Positions 1-10,246 of a stretch of 32,217 nucleotides of DNA are shown here, piece by piece (within the stretch, counting starts at the first letter, position 1; the number at the start of each line of letters is the position of its first letter). The position numbers and the translations under genes were made by a program. The stretch lies in the sequence record SRR20825006_934. One strand, written 5' to 3'. Below the pieces are notes generated by a model that was not told where the DNA came from, ran no database searches, and saw only the letters and a program-made list of their open reading frames with translations.

Positions 1-1531
1 GCAGATGTTCTTCGGCTGGGAAGGCGTGGGCCTTGCGTCTTATCTTCTCATCGGCTTCTGGTTCAAAAAACCAAGCGCCAATGCGGCTGCTATCAAGGCT
101 TTTGTTGTTAACCGTGTCGGTGACTTTGGTTTTGCCCTCGGCATCTACGCTTGTTTTGTGCTCTTTGGTTCCGTGCAGTTTGATGTGATCTTCGCTAACG
201 CAGAAGAACTGCAAACAGCGACGATGACATTCCTTGGTCACGAATATAACGCGCTGACAGTGATCTGTTTGCTGCTGTTTGTTGGCGCCATGGGCAAATC
301 TGCACAGCTGGGGCTTCACACTTGGCTTCCTGATGCTATGGAAGGCCCAACACCGGTATCAGCCCTTATTCATGCAGCTACGATGGTAACGGCAGGTGTG
401 TTCCTTGTGGCGCGCTTTAGCCCGGTGTTTGAATTTGCACCCGATGCCCTTGTGGTTGTAACTATTGTTGGTGCCGCGACGGCCTTCTTTGCAGCCAGTG
501 TTGGCCTTGTGCAGAACGACATCAAGCGGGTGATTGCATATTCTACCTGTTCGCAGCTTGGCTATATGTTCTTCGCTCTCGGTGTTGGCGCATATGGCGG
601 CGCGGTGTTCCACTTGTTCACGCACGCTTTCTTTAAGGCATTGTTGTTCTTGGGGGCAGGCTCGGTCATCCATGCGATGCACCACGAACAGGACATGCGC
701 AACATGGGCGGTCTTCTCAAGAAGATCCCGCTGACTGCGGCGGTTATGTTTATCGGTAACCTTGCAATCACCGGTGTGCCATTTCTGTCGGGCTACTACT
801 CGAAAGACATGATTATTGAGGCAGCATATGCTTCGCTTGCTTCAGGCGCCGAGTTCGCCTTTGTGATGGGTGTTGCGGCAGCGCTGATGACCAGCTTCTA
901 TAGCTGGCGGCTTTGGTTCATGACCTTCATGGGTGAGACGCGCGCTGACCATCATACGTATGACCACGCGCATGAAGGTCCCTGGACGATCCGTTTCCCG
1001 CTTATCGTGCTCGCGATCGGTGCGGTGTTTGCGGGCTTCGTTGGCCACGAATTCTTCATTGGTGTTGACCGTGTATCCTTCTGGAATGGCTCACTTGTGA
1101 CATCTGCGAATGACATTATGGAAGAGGCCCATCATGTACCACTTGGTGTGAAACTGGCGCCAATGGTTGCGATGTTGATTGGTCTCGCCTTGGCGGCTTG
1201 GTTCTACCTCCGCAAAACTGACCTGCCACAGCGCACGGCTGAGATGTGGGACGGTCTTTATGCCTTCCTTCTCAACAAGTGGTATTTCGACGAGCTTTAT
1301 AACTTCGCGCTTATTCGCCCGGCCTTTTGGCTTGGCCGCGTGTTCTGGAAACGTGGTGACGAACAGACGATCGACGGCTTTGGCCCGAACGGTGTGTCGT
1401 CCACTGTGGCGCTTGTGGCGGCTAAAGTTAGAAAGCTTCAATCAGGGTATGTTTATCACTATGCGTTTGCGATGATTATCGGCCTTGCGCTCGTGGTGAC
1501 GTGGTTTATGGCCCATGGTGGCGGACACTAA
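1..1531 (+). CDS. nuoL: NADH-quinone oxidoreductase subunit L (5' truncated by window edge)
   Basis: ND5/NuoL motifs [52 protein letters not shown]; the frame is open from the window start; followed by nuoM. Confidence 0.98.
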   Translation, partial: QMFFGWEGVGLASYLLIGFWFKKPSANAAAIKAFVVNRVGDFGFALGIYACFVLFGSVQFDVIFANAEELQTATMTFLGHEYNALTVICLLLFVGAMGKSAQLGLHTWLPDAMEGPTPVSALIHAATMVTAGVFLVARFSPVFEFAPDALVVVTIVGAATAFFAASVGLVQNDIKRVIAYSTCSQLGYMFFALGVGAYGGAVFHLFTHAFFKALLFLGAGSVIHAMHHEQDMRNMGGLLKKIPLTAAVMFIGNLAITGVPFLSGYYSKDMIIEAAYASLASGAEFAFVMGVAAALMTSFYSWRLWFMTFMGETRADHHTYDHAHEGPWTIRFPLIVLAIGAVFAGFVGHEFFIGVDRVSFWNGSLVTSANDIMEEAHHVPLGVKLAPMVAMLIGLALAAWFYLRKTDLPQRTAEMWDGLYAFLLNKWYFDELYNFALIRPAFWLGRVFWKRGDEQTIDGFGPNGVSSTVALVAAKVRKLQSGYVYHYAFAMIIGLALVVTWFMAHGGGH

Positions 1532-1549
1532 GGGCAGGGGATATTTAAG

Positions 1550-3082
1550 ATGATTTTTCTGGAAAATTACCTGCTCTCGCTGATGATGCTGGTACCTATG
1601 ATTGGGGCAGCTTTTGTCCTGATCGTGCGCCACCAGGACAAGGAAATTGAGAAGCGTAATATCCGTTGGGTGACGCTTTTGGCGACGCTTTTTACCTTTG
1701 CGCTGAGCATTGTGCTTTGGATGGGTTTTGACGGCTCAACCGCAGACTTTCAGTTTGTGGAGAAGTATGACTGGGTTGGCGATAGCATCAGTTATCACGT
1801 TGGTGTGGACGGTATTTCCATGCTGTTTGTGGTGTTGACTGCCTTCCTGATGCCGATTGTTGTGCTGTCGAGCTGGGAATCGATTGAGACCCGCGTGAAG
1901 GAATACATGATTGCTTTCCTGCTGCTTGAGACGCTGATGATTGGTGTCTTCTCCGCGCTTGATATCTTTCTCTTTTATGTATTCTTCGAGGGCGGCTTGA
2001 TCCCGATGTATCTTATCATCGGCGTTTGGGGTGGCCTGAACCGCATTTATGCGAGCTTCAAGTTCTTCCTCTACACGCTTCTTGGCTCTGTCCTGATGCT
2101 GGTCGCGGTGTTCTATATGTTCATCGAGACGGGTACGACTGACATTCCGGCGTTGATGAACCATCACTTTGATGCGGACATACAGAATCTTTTATGGCTC
2201 GCCTTCTTTGCATCATTTGCAGTAAAAATGCCTATGTGGCCAGTACACACTTGGCTTCCTGACGCGCACGTTCAGGCGCCAACGGCTGGCTCCGTGATTC
2301 TGGCTGGTGTGCTTCTAAAAATGGGCGGTTACGGCTTCCTGCGGTTCAGCTTGCCGATGTTCCCTGATGCATCACAGCATTTTGCATGGTTAATTTTTGG
2401 TCTGTCGATTATCGCGATCATCTACACCTCACTCGTTGCACTGGTGCAGGAAGATATCAAGAAACTGATCGCGTATTCATCCGTTGCCCACATGGGTTTT
2501 GTGACCATTGGTATCTTTGTGTTGAACGCAAATGGCATTGAAGGTGCGATCTTCACAATGTTGAGCCACGGTATTGTTTCTGGCGCGCTCTTCCTTTGTG
2601 TTGGCGTTATTTACGATAGGCTCCACACGCGGGAAATTTCCCGGTATGGCGGCCTTTCGGTCAACATGAAGATATATGCGACAACGTTTGTTATCTTCTC
2701 GATGGCGTCGGTCGGTTTGCCAGGTACCAGCGGTTTTGTTGGCGAGTTCCTCGTTCTCAATGGCTCCTACACCTACAATAGCTGGGTTGCCTTCTTTGCA
2801 ACAACCGGTGTGGTGTTGGGTGCAGCGTACATGCTTTACCTCGTTCGCCGGCTCGTGTTTGGCGAGTTGGATAAAGATGACGTGAAGGCAATGCCCGACC
2901 TTAGCCTGCGTGAGAAGATGATCTTCCTGCCGCTTATCATTGTGGTGTTCTGGATGGGTATTTATCCGAACAGCTTCCTCGATCCGATCCATGCATCGGT
3001 TGAGAACCTGATTGAAACCAAGTTTCCCGTCGTAGCCGCCGAAGTTGTTGCTGAAGAAGCAACAGCGGCTGCGTCGCACTAA
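1550..3082 (+). CDS. nuoM: NADH-quinone oxidoreductase subunit M
   Basis: 510-aa hydrophobic protein; [56 protein letters not shown]; lies between nuoL and nuoN. Confidence 0.98.
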   Translation: MIFLENYLLSLMMLVPMIGAAFVLIVRHQDKEIEKRNIRWVTLLATLFTFALSIVLWMGFDGSTADFQFVEKYDWVGDSISYHVGVDGISMLFVVLTAFLMPIVVLSSWESIETRVKEYMIAFLLLETLMIGVFSALDIFLFYVFFEGGLIPMYLIIGVWGGLNRIYASFKFFLYTLLGSVLMLVAVFYMFIETGTTDIPALMNHHFDADIQNLLWLAFFASFAVKMPMWPVHTWLPDAHVQAPTAGSVILAGVLLKMGGYGFLRFSLPMFPDASQHFAWLIFGLSIIAIIYTSLVALVQEDIKKLIAYSSVAHMGFVTIGIFVLNANGIEGAIFTMLSHGIVSGALFLCVGVIYDRLHTREISRYGGLSVNMKIYATTFVIFSMASVGLPGTSGFVGEFLVLNGSYTYNSWVAFFATTGVVLGAAYMLYLVRRLVFGELDKDDVKAMPDLSLREKMIFLPLIIVVFWMGIYPNSFLDPIHASVENLIETKFPVVAAEVVAEEATAAASH

Positions 3083-3096
3083 GGAGTATTTGAGAC

Positions 3097-4551
3097 ATGA
3101 CTGGTGATATGCCAATCCTCCTGCCTGTATTGCCCGAGTTGATTATGGGCATTGGTGCAATGCTCCTGCTCATGCTTGGTGTTTTCCAAGGCGACAAAAG
3201 CTATAGCCAGATGGCGAACCTTTCGGTTCTTCTGCTGATTGTGACGGCTTTTGTGATGTTCACTCAAGTGGGAGGCGATCGCCAGCTCACCTTCGGGGCC
3301 ATGTTTGTAACAGATGCCTTTGCGGTATTTTCCAAGACCTTGGTCTTTGTTGGTTCCGGCGTGGCTATCTTGATGTCGTCGGCTTATCTCAAGCAAATGA
3401 ATATCGCCAAGTTCGAGTATCCTATCCTGATCCTCCTTGCCACGCTGGGCATGATGATCATGATTTCAGCTAATAACTTGATGAGCCTTTATGTTGGTTT
3501 GGAGTTGCAGAGCCTGTCACTCTATGTGCTTGCTGCAATGAACCGTGACCGCTCAAGGTCAACCGAAGCGGGTCTCAAGTATTTTGTTCTGGGCGCGCTC
3601 TCAAGCGGTATGCTGCTTTATGGCGTTTCGTTAGTTTATGGTTTTGCAGGTACAACAGATTTCGAGCTATTGTCGGAGACGATTAAAGCTGCTCACGAAC
3701 CACAGATCGGTATCATTGTTGGTATGGTCTTCCTGATGGCAGGGCTCGCATTCAAGGTTTCTGCGGTACCGTTCCATATGTGGACACCAGATGTATACGA
3801 AGGTTCACCAACACCGGTAACAGCCTTTTTTGCCGCAGCACCCAAAGTGGCGGCACTTGCGCTTTTCGTACGCGTGATGTTGACCGGTTTCCCGGCGATG
3901 ACGGCAGAGTGGCAACAGGTGATTGTGTTTATCTCTATCGCCTCCATGCTGGTGGGTGCGTTTATTGCCATTGTGCAAACCAACATCAAACGCCTGATGG
4001 CCTACAGCTCTATCGGCCATATTGGCTATGCACTCGTTGGTTTGGCAGCGGGAACACAGGCGGGTGTTGAAGCCTTGTTGATCTATATCGCGATTTACGT
4101 GACGATGACGCTTGGCACATTTGCCGCAATCCTGACGATGCGCCGGTCTGAAGGTATGGTTGAAGATATCTCGGACCTTTCCGGGCTGTCGCAAACCAAC
4201 CTGCCGCTTGCTATTGCGGTTGCCATTTTCATGTTCTCGCTTGCGGGTATTCCACTACTCGCCGGTTTCTGGGGTAAGTGGTATGTATTCCTCGCGGCCG
4301 TAGAAGCCGGGCTTATTCCGCTTGCGATCGTTGGGGTGCTGACAAGTGTGGTTGGTGCGTTTTATTACCTTCGTATCATCAAGGTAATGTTCTTTGACGA
4401 ACCTGCTCCAGCGTTTGAAAACGGCCATGGCCGTGCGGTTTCTGGCGTGATTGCGATTGCGGCAATTGTGAACTCACCGGTTAGCTATTTTGTGCTGATT
4501 GGCCCATTGGTGGCAGCAGCAAGCTGGGCAGCCGGTTCGCTGTTATTCTAG
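3097..4551 (+). CDS. nuoN: NADH-quinone oxidoreductase subunit N
   Basis: EAGLKYFVLGALSS, FKVSAVPFHMWTPDVYEGSPT, KRLMAYSSIGH; AAGGAG RBS upstream. Confidence 0.98.
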   Translation: MTGDMPILLPVLPELIMGIGAMLLLMLGVFQGDKSYSQMANLSVLLLIVTAFVMFTQVGGDRQLTFGAMFVTDAFAVFSKTLVFVGSGVAILMSSAYLKQMNIAKFEYPILILLATLGMMIMISANNLMSLYVGLELQSLSLYVLAAMNRDRSRSTEAGLKYFVLGALSSGMLLYGVSLVYGFAGTTDFELLSETIKAAHEPQIGIIVGMVFLMAGLAFKVSAVPFHMWTPDVYEGSPTPVTAFFAAAPKVAALALFVRVMLTGFPAMTAEWQQVIVFISIASMLVGAFIAIVQTNIKRLMAYSSIGHIGYALVGLAAGTQAGVEALLIYIAIYVTMTLGTFAAILTMRRSEGMVEDISDLSGLSQTNLPLAIAVAIFMFSLAGIPLLAGFWGKWYVFLAAVEAGLIPLAIVGVLTSVVGAFYYLRIIKVMFFDEPAPAFENGHGRAVSGVIAIAAIVNSPVSYFVLIGPLVAAASWAAGSLLF

Positions 4552-5327
4552 TGAACGCTGATTTTGAAGATTGGGGAGCCTCGGCACCAGCGGGTGTCGG
4601 GGCTCGCTTTTTTAGCGAATGCGACAGCACAAACGCCGTCGCATCGGCTTTGGCGCATGCAGGTGAGAGCGGCCCGCTATGGGTGATCGCCGGACGTCAG
4701 AGTGCTGGTCGTGGTAGACGAGGCCAGGTGTGGACGTCCGATACCGGCAATCTATACGCGTCCCTTCTGTTTAGGCCTGCGATCAAGCCTGTGGAAATGG
4801 CAGCGGTGCCCTTCATTGTGGCACTTGCGGTGCGGGATACTTTTGTGGACCTTGGGGCCAATGCCGTCCAATGCAAGTGGCCGAACGATGTGCTTATCGC
4901 TGGCTCAAAGGCGAGCGGTGTATTGATCGAGAGCAGTGCACGAAACGCAGACAAGCTTGAATATGTCGTGATAGGTATTGGTTTGAATCTGGCACATTCT
5001 CCGAGTGACGCACGGTTTCCTGCCACCAGTCTTGAAGCTGTGACAGGGACGGCGCCGAACGTGCGGCTTGCATTTCAAACACTTTCGCACCATTTGTTTG
5101 AGCGCCTAACAAACTGGAAAACTGACGAACTCGCCCCAATTGCACAAGAGTGGGCGGCAAGCGCTTGGGGTTTAGGCAAGCGGTGCGTGCTAAGGACTGC
5201 GGCGGAAACCTTTGAAGGAACGCCTCAAGAACTCGGGAGCGACGGCGGGCTTATTGTCCGTCTCGATGACGGGCAGGAACGCCGTATATATGCCGGGGAT
5301 ATCTTTCCTGTTGGCGGAATGGAGTGA
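4551..5327 (+). CDS. birA: Biotin-[acetyl-CoA carboxylase] ligase, class I (no N-terminal HTH)
   Basis: DSTN, QSAGRGRRG, GNLYAS, KWPNDV, KASGVLIE, VIGIGLN motifs; GTG start overlaps the nuoN TAG by 1 nt. Confidence 0.95.
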   Translation: MNADFEDWGASAPAGVGARFFSECDSTNAVASALAHAGESGPLWVIAGRQSAGRGRRGQVWTSDTGNLYASLLFRPAIKPVEMAAVPFIVALAVRDTFVDLGANAVQCKWPNDVLIAGSKASGVLIESSARNADKLEYVVIGIGLNLAHSPSDARFPATSLEAVTGTAPNVRLAFQTLSHHLFERLTNWKTDELAPIAQEWAASAWGLGKRCVLRTAAETFEGTPQELGSDGGLIVRLDDGQERRIYAGDIFPVGGME

Positions 5328-5331
5328 AAGC

Positions 5332-6105
5332 ATGCTGTTGACGATTGATGCAGGGAACACAAACACTGTTTTTGCCCTTATTGAAGGCGAGAGCATTGTC
5401 GAGCAGTGGCGTATTTCTACCGGCGATCAGCGAACAGTTGATGAATATATTGTATGGGTTAGCCATCTTATGGCGCTTCATGGACGTGACCCAAACACTG
5501 TAACGGGCGCTATTATAGCCAGCGTTGTGCCACAAGTCGTGTGGCCACTTACCCAACTGTGTAAAAAATACTTTGGTTGCGAGCCACTTATCGTGGGGGC
5601 ACCGGACGTTGAGCTAGGCGTTGATATTCGCGTGACCAACCCGGCGGAGGTTGGGGCAGACCGCCTTGTTAACGCTGTTGCGGGGCACGAACTTTATGGC
5701 GGCCCTTTGGTGGTGGTTGACTTTGGTACGGCAACCACATTTGATGTGGTGGGGGCTGACGGTGCCTATCTGGGCGGGATCATATGTCCCGGCATCAACT
5801 TGTCGCTTCACGCTCTCCACCAGGCGGCTGCGAAGCTTCCACGCATTGCGGTCAGTGCACCTTCGACAGACAGGGTAACCGGAAAGTCAACGCTTGAGGC
5901 GATGCAGTCGGGCATCTTCTGGGGCTATGTTAGCATGATTGAAGGACTGGTAGTGCGCTTGAAGCGCGAGCATGGTGAAGACATTAAAGTACTCGCGACA
6001 GGCGGTCTTGCGCCTGTATTTGCAAATAAAACAGATGCGATTGGTGAAGTCGTGGGCGACCTGACCCTTCAGGGCCTGCGACTGATATACGACCGCAATA
6101 ACTAG
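5332..6105 (+). CDS. coaX: Type III pantothenate kinase
   Basis: LTIDAGNTN, GADR, VVDFGTATT, GGIICPG, ATGG motifs; start moved to ATG 5332 (GGAG RBS, just after the birA stop) instead of the ORF-track start at 5212. Confidence 0.95.
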   Translation: MLLTIDAGNTNTVFALIEGESIVEQWRISTGDQRTVDEYIVWVSHLMALHGRDPNTVTGAIIASVVPQVVWPLTQLCKKYFGCEPLIVGAPDVELGVDIRVTNPAEVGADRLVNAVAGHELYGGPLVVVDFGTATTFDVVGADGAYLGGIICPGINLSLHALHQAAAKLPRIAVSAPSTDRVTGKSTLEAMQSGIFWGYVSMIEGLVVRLKREHGEDIKVLATGGLAPVFANKTDAIGEVVGDLTLQGLRLIYDRNN

Positions 6106-6113
6106 GACGCTTT

Positions 6114-7793
6114 ATGCCCTATATGAAACCAGACGATCAGCGCCTGTTGTTTGTACCCATTGGTGGTTCAGGCGAGATCGGTATGAACCTCAATCTATAT
6201 GGGCATCGTGGTAAATGGCTGATGGTGGACTGCGGCATGAGCTTCGCGGATAATCATTTGCCGGGCGTCGATCTTATCTTTCCTGATCCCGAATTTATCG
6301 AGGATGAGCGCGAAGATCTGATTGGGCTTGTACTGACACACGGTCATGAAGACCATATCGGCGCAGTGCCTTATCTTTGGTCGCGGTTCAAATGCCCGGT
6401 GTACGCAACACCGTTTACTGCGGCACTAGTGGAAGACAAGCTCCGCGAAGCGGGATTGCTTGATCAGGTCGAGTTGCATGTTGTTGATGCGCTGGAGACG
6501 TTGGAGCTGGGTCCCTTCAGCGTACGCTATGTGCCGCTCGCGCACTCAATCGCGGAAGGGCATGGCCTCGCGATAACCACGTCCAAGGGCACGTTATTTC
6601 ATACCGGTGACTGGAAGTTGGACGATCGACCTCTTATCGGCCCCGCGTGCCCCTCACCAGTTTTGACAGAGCTTGGTGAAAAGGGTGTTCTTGCGCTGAT
6701 CGGTGACAGCACAAACGTGTTTAATGAGAGCGAATCCGGCTCCGAAGCGGCTGTGCGGGAGAGCCTCAAGGAACTTGTTGCGGGCCTGAAAAACCGTGTG
6801 GTGATTACGACCTTCGCGTCCAACGTGGCGCGTTTGGAGACGATTGGAGAAGTCGCGAAGGCTAGCGGTCGCAGACTGGTGCTTCTTGGCAGGTCCATGG
6901 AACGGATTGTGAAGGCCGCGAAGTCTACGGGCTATCTTAAAGATTTCCCCCCGCTCGTGGATGAAGAAGACGCAGATTACCTGCCTAAAGACGAAGTATT
7001 GATCGCCTGCACTGGCTGCCAGGGCGAACCTCGTGCGGCAATCGCCCGCATAGCACGTGATGACCACAAGCATTTACAGTTAAGCCCTGAGGACAATGTG
7101 ATCTTTTCATCAAAGATCATTCCGGGAAACGAGCTCGTGCTTGGTCAATTGTTTAATACGCTAGCTAGCAAACATATCAATGTGATCACTGAGAAAGACG
7201 CCTTTGTACATGTTTCCGGCCATCCGGGCAGAGCAGAGCTAAGGAAGATGTATGGCTGGGTAAAGCCTGAGTGCGTGATCCCTGTGCACGGGGAAGCACG
7301 GCACTTGATGCGCCACGCAGCGCTGGCTCGAGAGATTGGCATCAAACACACCATAGTGCCCAAAAACGGCGATATTATTCAGATTAGTTCTAAAGGCTTG
7401 AAGCTAATTGACGAGGCACCGGTTGGGCGGTTCGCATTAGACGGTACGGAAATCGTCTCTGTTGCCGATGAATCTATTGCGGATAGACGCCGTGCGGCTG
7501 TTCAGGGGTTCATAACTGTAAGCGTTGTGTTTGATGACGACGGAACGCTTGCCGCTGAGCCGCTGTTGGCCATATTGGGCGTGCCGCGAGGCGATGATGA
7601 TGTCTTCTATGACGGCATGTTGGACGCCATTGAAACAGGTATAGAACGTATGCCGAAGCAGGCGCGCCAGTCGGATACGATGGTTGAAGAAGCCGTGCGT
7701 ATCGCGACAAGACGGTTTTGTCGCCGCGAAGTAGGCAAGAACCCCGGTGTTGCGACGTTGATTAATCGTAGAAACGAACTTGAGTTTCGGTAA
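6114..7793 (+). CDS. rnj: Ribonuclease J (metallo-beta-lactamase/beta-CASP)
   Basis: GGSGEIGMN, THGHEDHIG, HTGDWK, DSTN, FASN, HVSGH, PVHGE motifs. Confidence 0.96.
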   Translation: MPYMKPDDQRLLFVPIGGSGEIGMNLNLYGHRGKWLMVDCGMSFADNHLPGVDLIFPDPEFIEDEREDLIGLVLTHGHEDHIGAVPYLWSRFKCPVYATPFTAALVEDKLREAGLLDQVELHVVDALETLELGPFSVRYVPLAHSIAEGHGLAITTSKGTLFHTGDWKLDDRPLIGPACPSPVLTELGEKGVLALIGDSTNVFNESESGSEAAVRESLKELVAGLKNRVVITTFASNVARLETIGEVAKASGRRLVLLGRSMERIVKAAKSTGYLKDFPPLVDEEDADYLPKDEVLIACTGCQGEPRAAIARIARDDHKHLQLSPEDNVIFSSKIIPGNELVLGQLFNTLASKHINVITEKDAFVHVSGHPGRAELRKMYGWVKPECVIPVHGEARHLMRHAALAREIGIKHTIVPKNGDIIQISSKGLKLIDEAPVGRFALDGTEIVSVADESIADRRRAAVQGFITVSVVFDDDGTLAAEPLLAILGVPRGDDDVFYDGMLDAIETGIERMPKQARQSDTMVEEAVRIATRRFCRREVGKNPGVATLINRRNELEFR

Positions 7794-7805
7794 GGGAGAG
7801 TAGAA

Positions 7806-8210
7806 ATGATCGGACGGCTCAACCATGTGGCTATTGTAGTGCCTGACCTTGCGGCTGCGGCAGCCACCTATAGGGATACGCTCGGCGCTAAGGTAACTGA
7901 CCCTGTTGATCTTCCAGATCACGGGGTGACGACGGTCTTCATCGAACTTCCCAATACCAAGATTGAGCTTTTGCATCCGTTAGGCGAGGGGTCGCCAATC
8001 GCGAAATTCCTGGTGAATAATCCATCCGGTGGCATGCATCATATATGTTACGAGGTTGAAGATATCATTGCAGCACGAGACAAGTTGAAGGAGGAGGGTG
8101 CCCGCGTATTGGGGGACGGTGAACCGAAAACTGGCGCGCACGGGAAGCCTGTACTTTTCCTGCACCCCAAGGACTTCTGCGGCACGCTTGTTGAAATTGA
8201 GGAAGTGTAG
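7806..8210 (+). CDS. mce: Methylmalonyl-CoA epimerase (VOC family)
   Basis: LNHVAIVV, IELLHP, GGMHHICYEV, GAHGKPVLFLHPKDFCGTLVEIE; conserved position after rnj in alphaproteobacteria. Confidence 0.93.
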   Translation: MIGRLNHVAIVVPDLAAAAATYRDTLGAKVTDPVDLPDHGVTTVFIELPNTKIELLHPLGEGSPIAKFLVNNPSGGMHHICYEVEDIIAARDKLKEEGARVLGDGEPKTGAHGKPVLFLHPKDFCGTLVEIEEV

Positions 8211-8213
8211 ACC

Positions 8214-8468
8214 ATGAATATTGCAACGGTCATTCTCGTTTATGTTATTGCATGGTGGATGGTGTTTTTCTGCATGTTGCCGATTGGTATTCGCTCTCAA
8301 AGCGAGAGCAATGTGCAAGAGGTTGAGGGCGTTGACCCAGGTGCGCCAGTTAACCCAAACCTGAAAAAGAAAATCCTGATCACCACGGTGATCGCGTTGG
8401 TACTGACTGTGGCGTATTATTTCCTGGCGACATCAGAGCTCATCACGTTCAGAACACCACGTTCATAG
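8214..8468 (+). CDS. DUF1467-family small membrane protein
   Basis: 84 aa, two hydrophobic segments, WWxxFFxxLPxG and GxDPGAP motifs; typical position between mce and proS. Confidence 0.85.
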   Translation: MNIATVILVYVIAWWMVFFCMLPIGIRSQSESNVQEVEGVDPGAPVNPNLKKKILITTVIALVLTVAYYFLATSELITFRTPRS

Positions 8469-8494
8469 CCGCTCAATATCGCACAGGCCTAAAT

Positions 8495-8629
8495 TGAAAA
8501 AGCAAGGCTGTTGAGCCCTGCTTTTCCTAATTAATTAACAGGCAACTTTTCTCGAGCCCGCTATATTTATAACGCAAAGTCCTCCCTGAGCGTGGGCCAC
8601 GTAAGGCGTGAACCGTTCAGCTCTGCGCA
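8495..8629 (-). ncRNA. Candidate small RNA (~135 nt), alpha-r9 (Smr9C)-like by synteny
   Basis: Lies between the DUF1467 membrane gene and proS, the context I recall for the alpha-r9 family; bounded by a sigma70-like promoter and a strand-specific terminator; contains AGGGAGGACUUUGCG; ends are approximate. Confidence 0.6.
8497..8525 (-). terminator. Intrinsic terminator of the minus-strand sRNA candidate (may also act on the + strand nuo-DUF1467 transcript)
   Basis: Minus-strand RNA AAAAGCAGGGCU-CAAC-AGCCUUGCUUUUU is fully paired with one G.U; the same position on the + strand is an A.C mismatch. Confidence 0.75.
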
Positions 8630-8635
8630 CCACTG

Positions 8636-8664
8636 AAGCTATGTAAAGCCCGGCGAGCTGTCAT
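8636..8664 (-). promoter_or_regulatory. Putative sigma70 promoter for the sRNA candidate
   Basis: Minus strand ATGACA (8664-8659), 17-nt spacer, TAGCTT (8641-8636). Confidence 0.5.
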
Positions 8665-8680
8665 CAAATTAGAGACAATC

Positions 8681-8698
8681 AACACAACATATTGTGTT
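8681..8698. promoter_or_regulatory. Palindrome matching the NrdR-box consensus
   Basis: AACACAA-CATA-TTGTGTT; the core ACACAACATATTGTGT fits acaCwAtATaTwGtg; only a single copy seen. Confidence 0.45.
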
Positions 8699-8711
8699 TG
8701 TTTGTGTGGAA

Positions 8712-8729
8712 TGTTGCAGCCGTGCAACA
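8712..8729. promoter_or_regulatory. Perfect inverted repeat, putative transcription-factor operator
   Basis: TGTTGCA-GCCG-TGCAACA, starting 31 bp after the start of the first palindrome. Confidence 0.4.
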
Positions 8730-8914
8730 ATGAGCGCGCAGTGCACCTTTAAATTGCGCATTTGGGTTCAAATATTGCGCGCTGTATCTGTGAAATTTAA
8801 GAAAGCCGTTGCTATTCCGGACGCCCCCCGGCAAAAGAAGCGAAGAGCCCGTGGCGTGAAAGACTCTATCGACACAGGCAAATTGATCAACCAACAAGCA
8901 TATATGAGTAAGCC

Positions 8915-10225
8915 ATGCGCCTAAGCCGCTATTTCCTGCCAACCTTGAAAGAAACCCCTGCTGAGGCACAAATTGCGTCTCACCGCTTGATGCTGCGGGC
9001 GGGCATGATCCGGCAGGGTGCGGCTGGCATATACAGCTGGCTGCCATTGGGTCTCAAAGTTCTTAAAAAGATCGAAAAGATTGTCCGGGAAGAGCAGGAC
9101 CGTGCGGGTGCGCAGGAAGTACTCATGCCCACAATCCAATCTGCTGATTTGTGGATTGAGAGTGGGCGATACGACGACTATGGCAAGGAAATGCTTCGCA
9201 TCGAAGACCGTCATGGCCGGCAAATGTTGTATGGCCCAACAAATGAAGAAATGATCACCGATATTTTCCGTCGTGAGATCAAGTCTTACCGAGACTTACC
9301 CAAAAACCTCTATCATATTCAGTGGAAGTTCAGAGATGAGATTCGTCCTCGTTTCGGCGTGATGCGGGGCCGTGAGTTTCTAATGAAAGACGCTTATAGC
9401 TTCGACCTGACGGAAGAAGACGGTGTTAAGTCATATAACTCCATGTTTGTGGCATACCTGCGCACCTTTGCGCGGCTTGGTCTGAAGGCAATACCGATGC
9501 GGGCTGATACTGGGCCAATTGGGGGTGATTTGAGCCATGAGTTCATCGTTCTTGCCGATACTGGCGAAAGCGAGGTTTTCTTCGACGCGGGCTTTGATGG
9601 CCTAGACCCAATGATTGATGCCGAAGCCGATGCTGATCTGCAGCCGATTGTTGACGAATGGACGAGCATGTATGCGGCGACGGATGAAATCCATGATGCG
9701 GATAACTGCCCGGTAGATGTCAGCAAGCTTGTGACAGGCCGCGGTATTGAAGTTGGGCATATCTTCTTTTTCGGGGAGAAATACTCCAAACCTTTGAATG
9801 CTGCAGTCCAAGGTCCTGATGGCGAAACAGCGGTTGTGCAGATGGGTTCCTATGGTGTTGGGGTGTCGCGTCTCGCGGGTGCAATAATCGAGGCTTGCCA
9901 TGACGAGAATGGCATTATTTGGCCAGAATCTGTGGCGCCGTTCAAGGTTGGTTTGATGAACCTGCGAACAAAAGATGACGAGTGTACTACGGCCTGCGAC
10001 AAAATGTATGCGGAACTCAGCACAGCAGGTGTTGACGTGCTTTATGATGACCGCGATCAAAGTGCAGGCGCGAAATTCGCCAACATGGACCTGATCGGTT
10101 TGCCCTGGCAGTTGGCGATAGGGCCTCGAGGCCTTAAAAATGGCATTGTTGAGCTTAAAAACAGGAAAACGGGCGAGCGGGTCGAACTCTCGCCCGAGGA
10201 CGCTGTAGCGATGCTCAGCGCTTAA
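8915..10225 (+). CDS. proS: Proline-tRNA ligase, short alphaproteobacterial type without INS editing domain
   Basis: [62 protein letters not shown]; 436 aa. Confidence 0.98.
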   Translation: MRLSRYFLPTLKETPAEAQIASHRLMLRAGMIRQGAAGIYSWLPLGLKVLKKIEKIVREEQDRAGAQEVLMPTIQSADLWIESGRYDDYGKEMLRIEDRHGRQMLYGPTNEEMITDIFRREIKSYRDLPKNLYHIQWKFRDEIRPRFGVMRGREFLMKDAYSFDLTEEDGVKSYNSMFVAYLRTFARLGLKAIPMRADTGPIGGDLSHEFIVLADTGESEVFFDAGFDGLDPMIDAEADADLQPIVDEWTSMYAATDEIHDADNCPVDVSKLVTGRGIEVGHIFFFGEKYSKPLNAAVQGPDGETAVVQMGSYGVGVSRLAGAIIEACHDENGIIWPESVAPFKVGLMNLRTKDDECTTACDKMYAELSTAGVDVLYDDRDQSAGAKFANMDLIGLPWQLAIGPRGLKNGIVELKNRKTGERVELSPEDAVAMLSA

Positions 10226-10246
10226 AGGGCTTACAAGGAGGTAGCG

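Noticed and set aside
5212-5331. N-terminal extensions in the ORF track for coaX (also lolD, frr, uppS, skp)
   Set aside because: They overlap the upstream genes; downstream ATGs match the family N-termini, most with a visible RBS.
8742-8782. TGCAC/GCGCA-rich tract resembling an NtrC site
   Set aside because: Spacing (TGCAC-N9-GCGCA) does not fit TGCAC-N7-GTGCA, and I found no sigma54 -24/-12 element.
8679-9047. Small ORFs in the DUF1467-proS gap (8679-9047 minus, 8694-8924 plus)
   Set aside because: No RBS or recognisable domain, both overlap proS, and the region is better explained by promoters, operators and an sRNA.
8915-10225. ProS lacking the INS editing domain
   Set aside because: This short form is the usual alphaproteobacterial type, relying on trans-editing factors; not a truncation.
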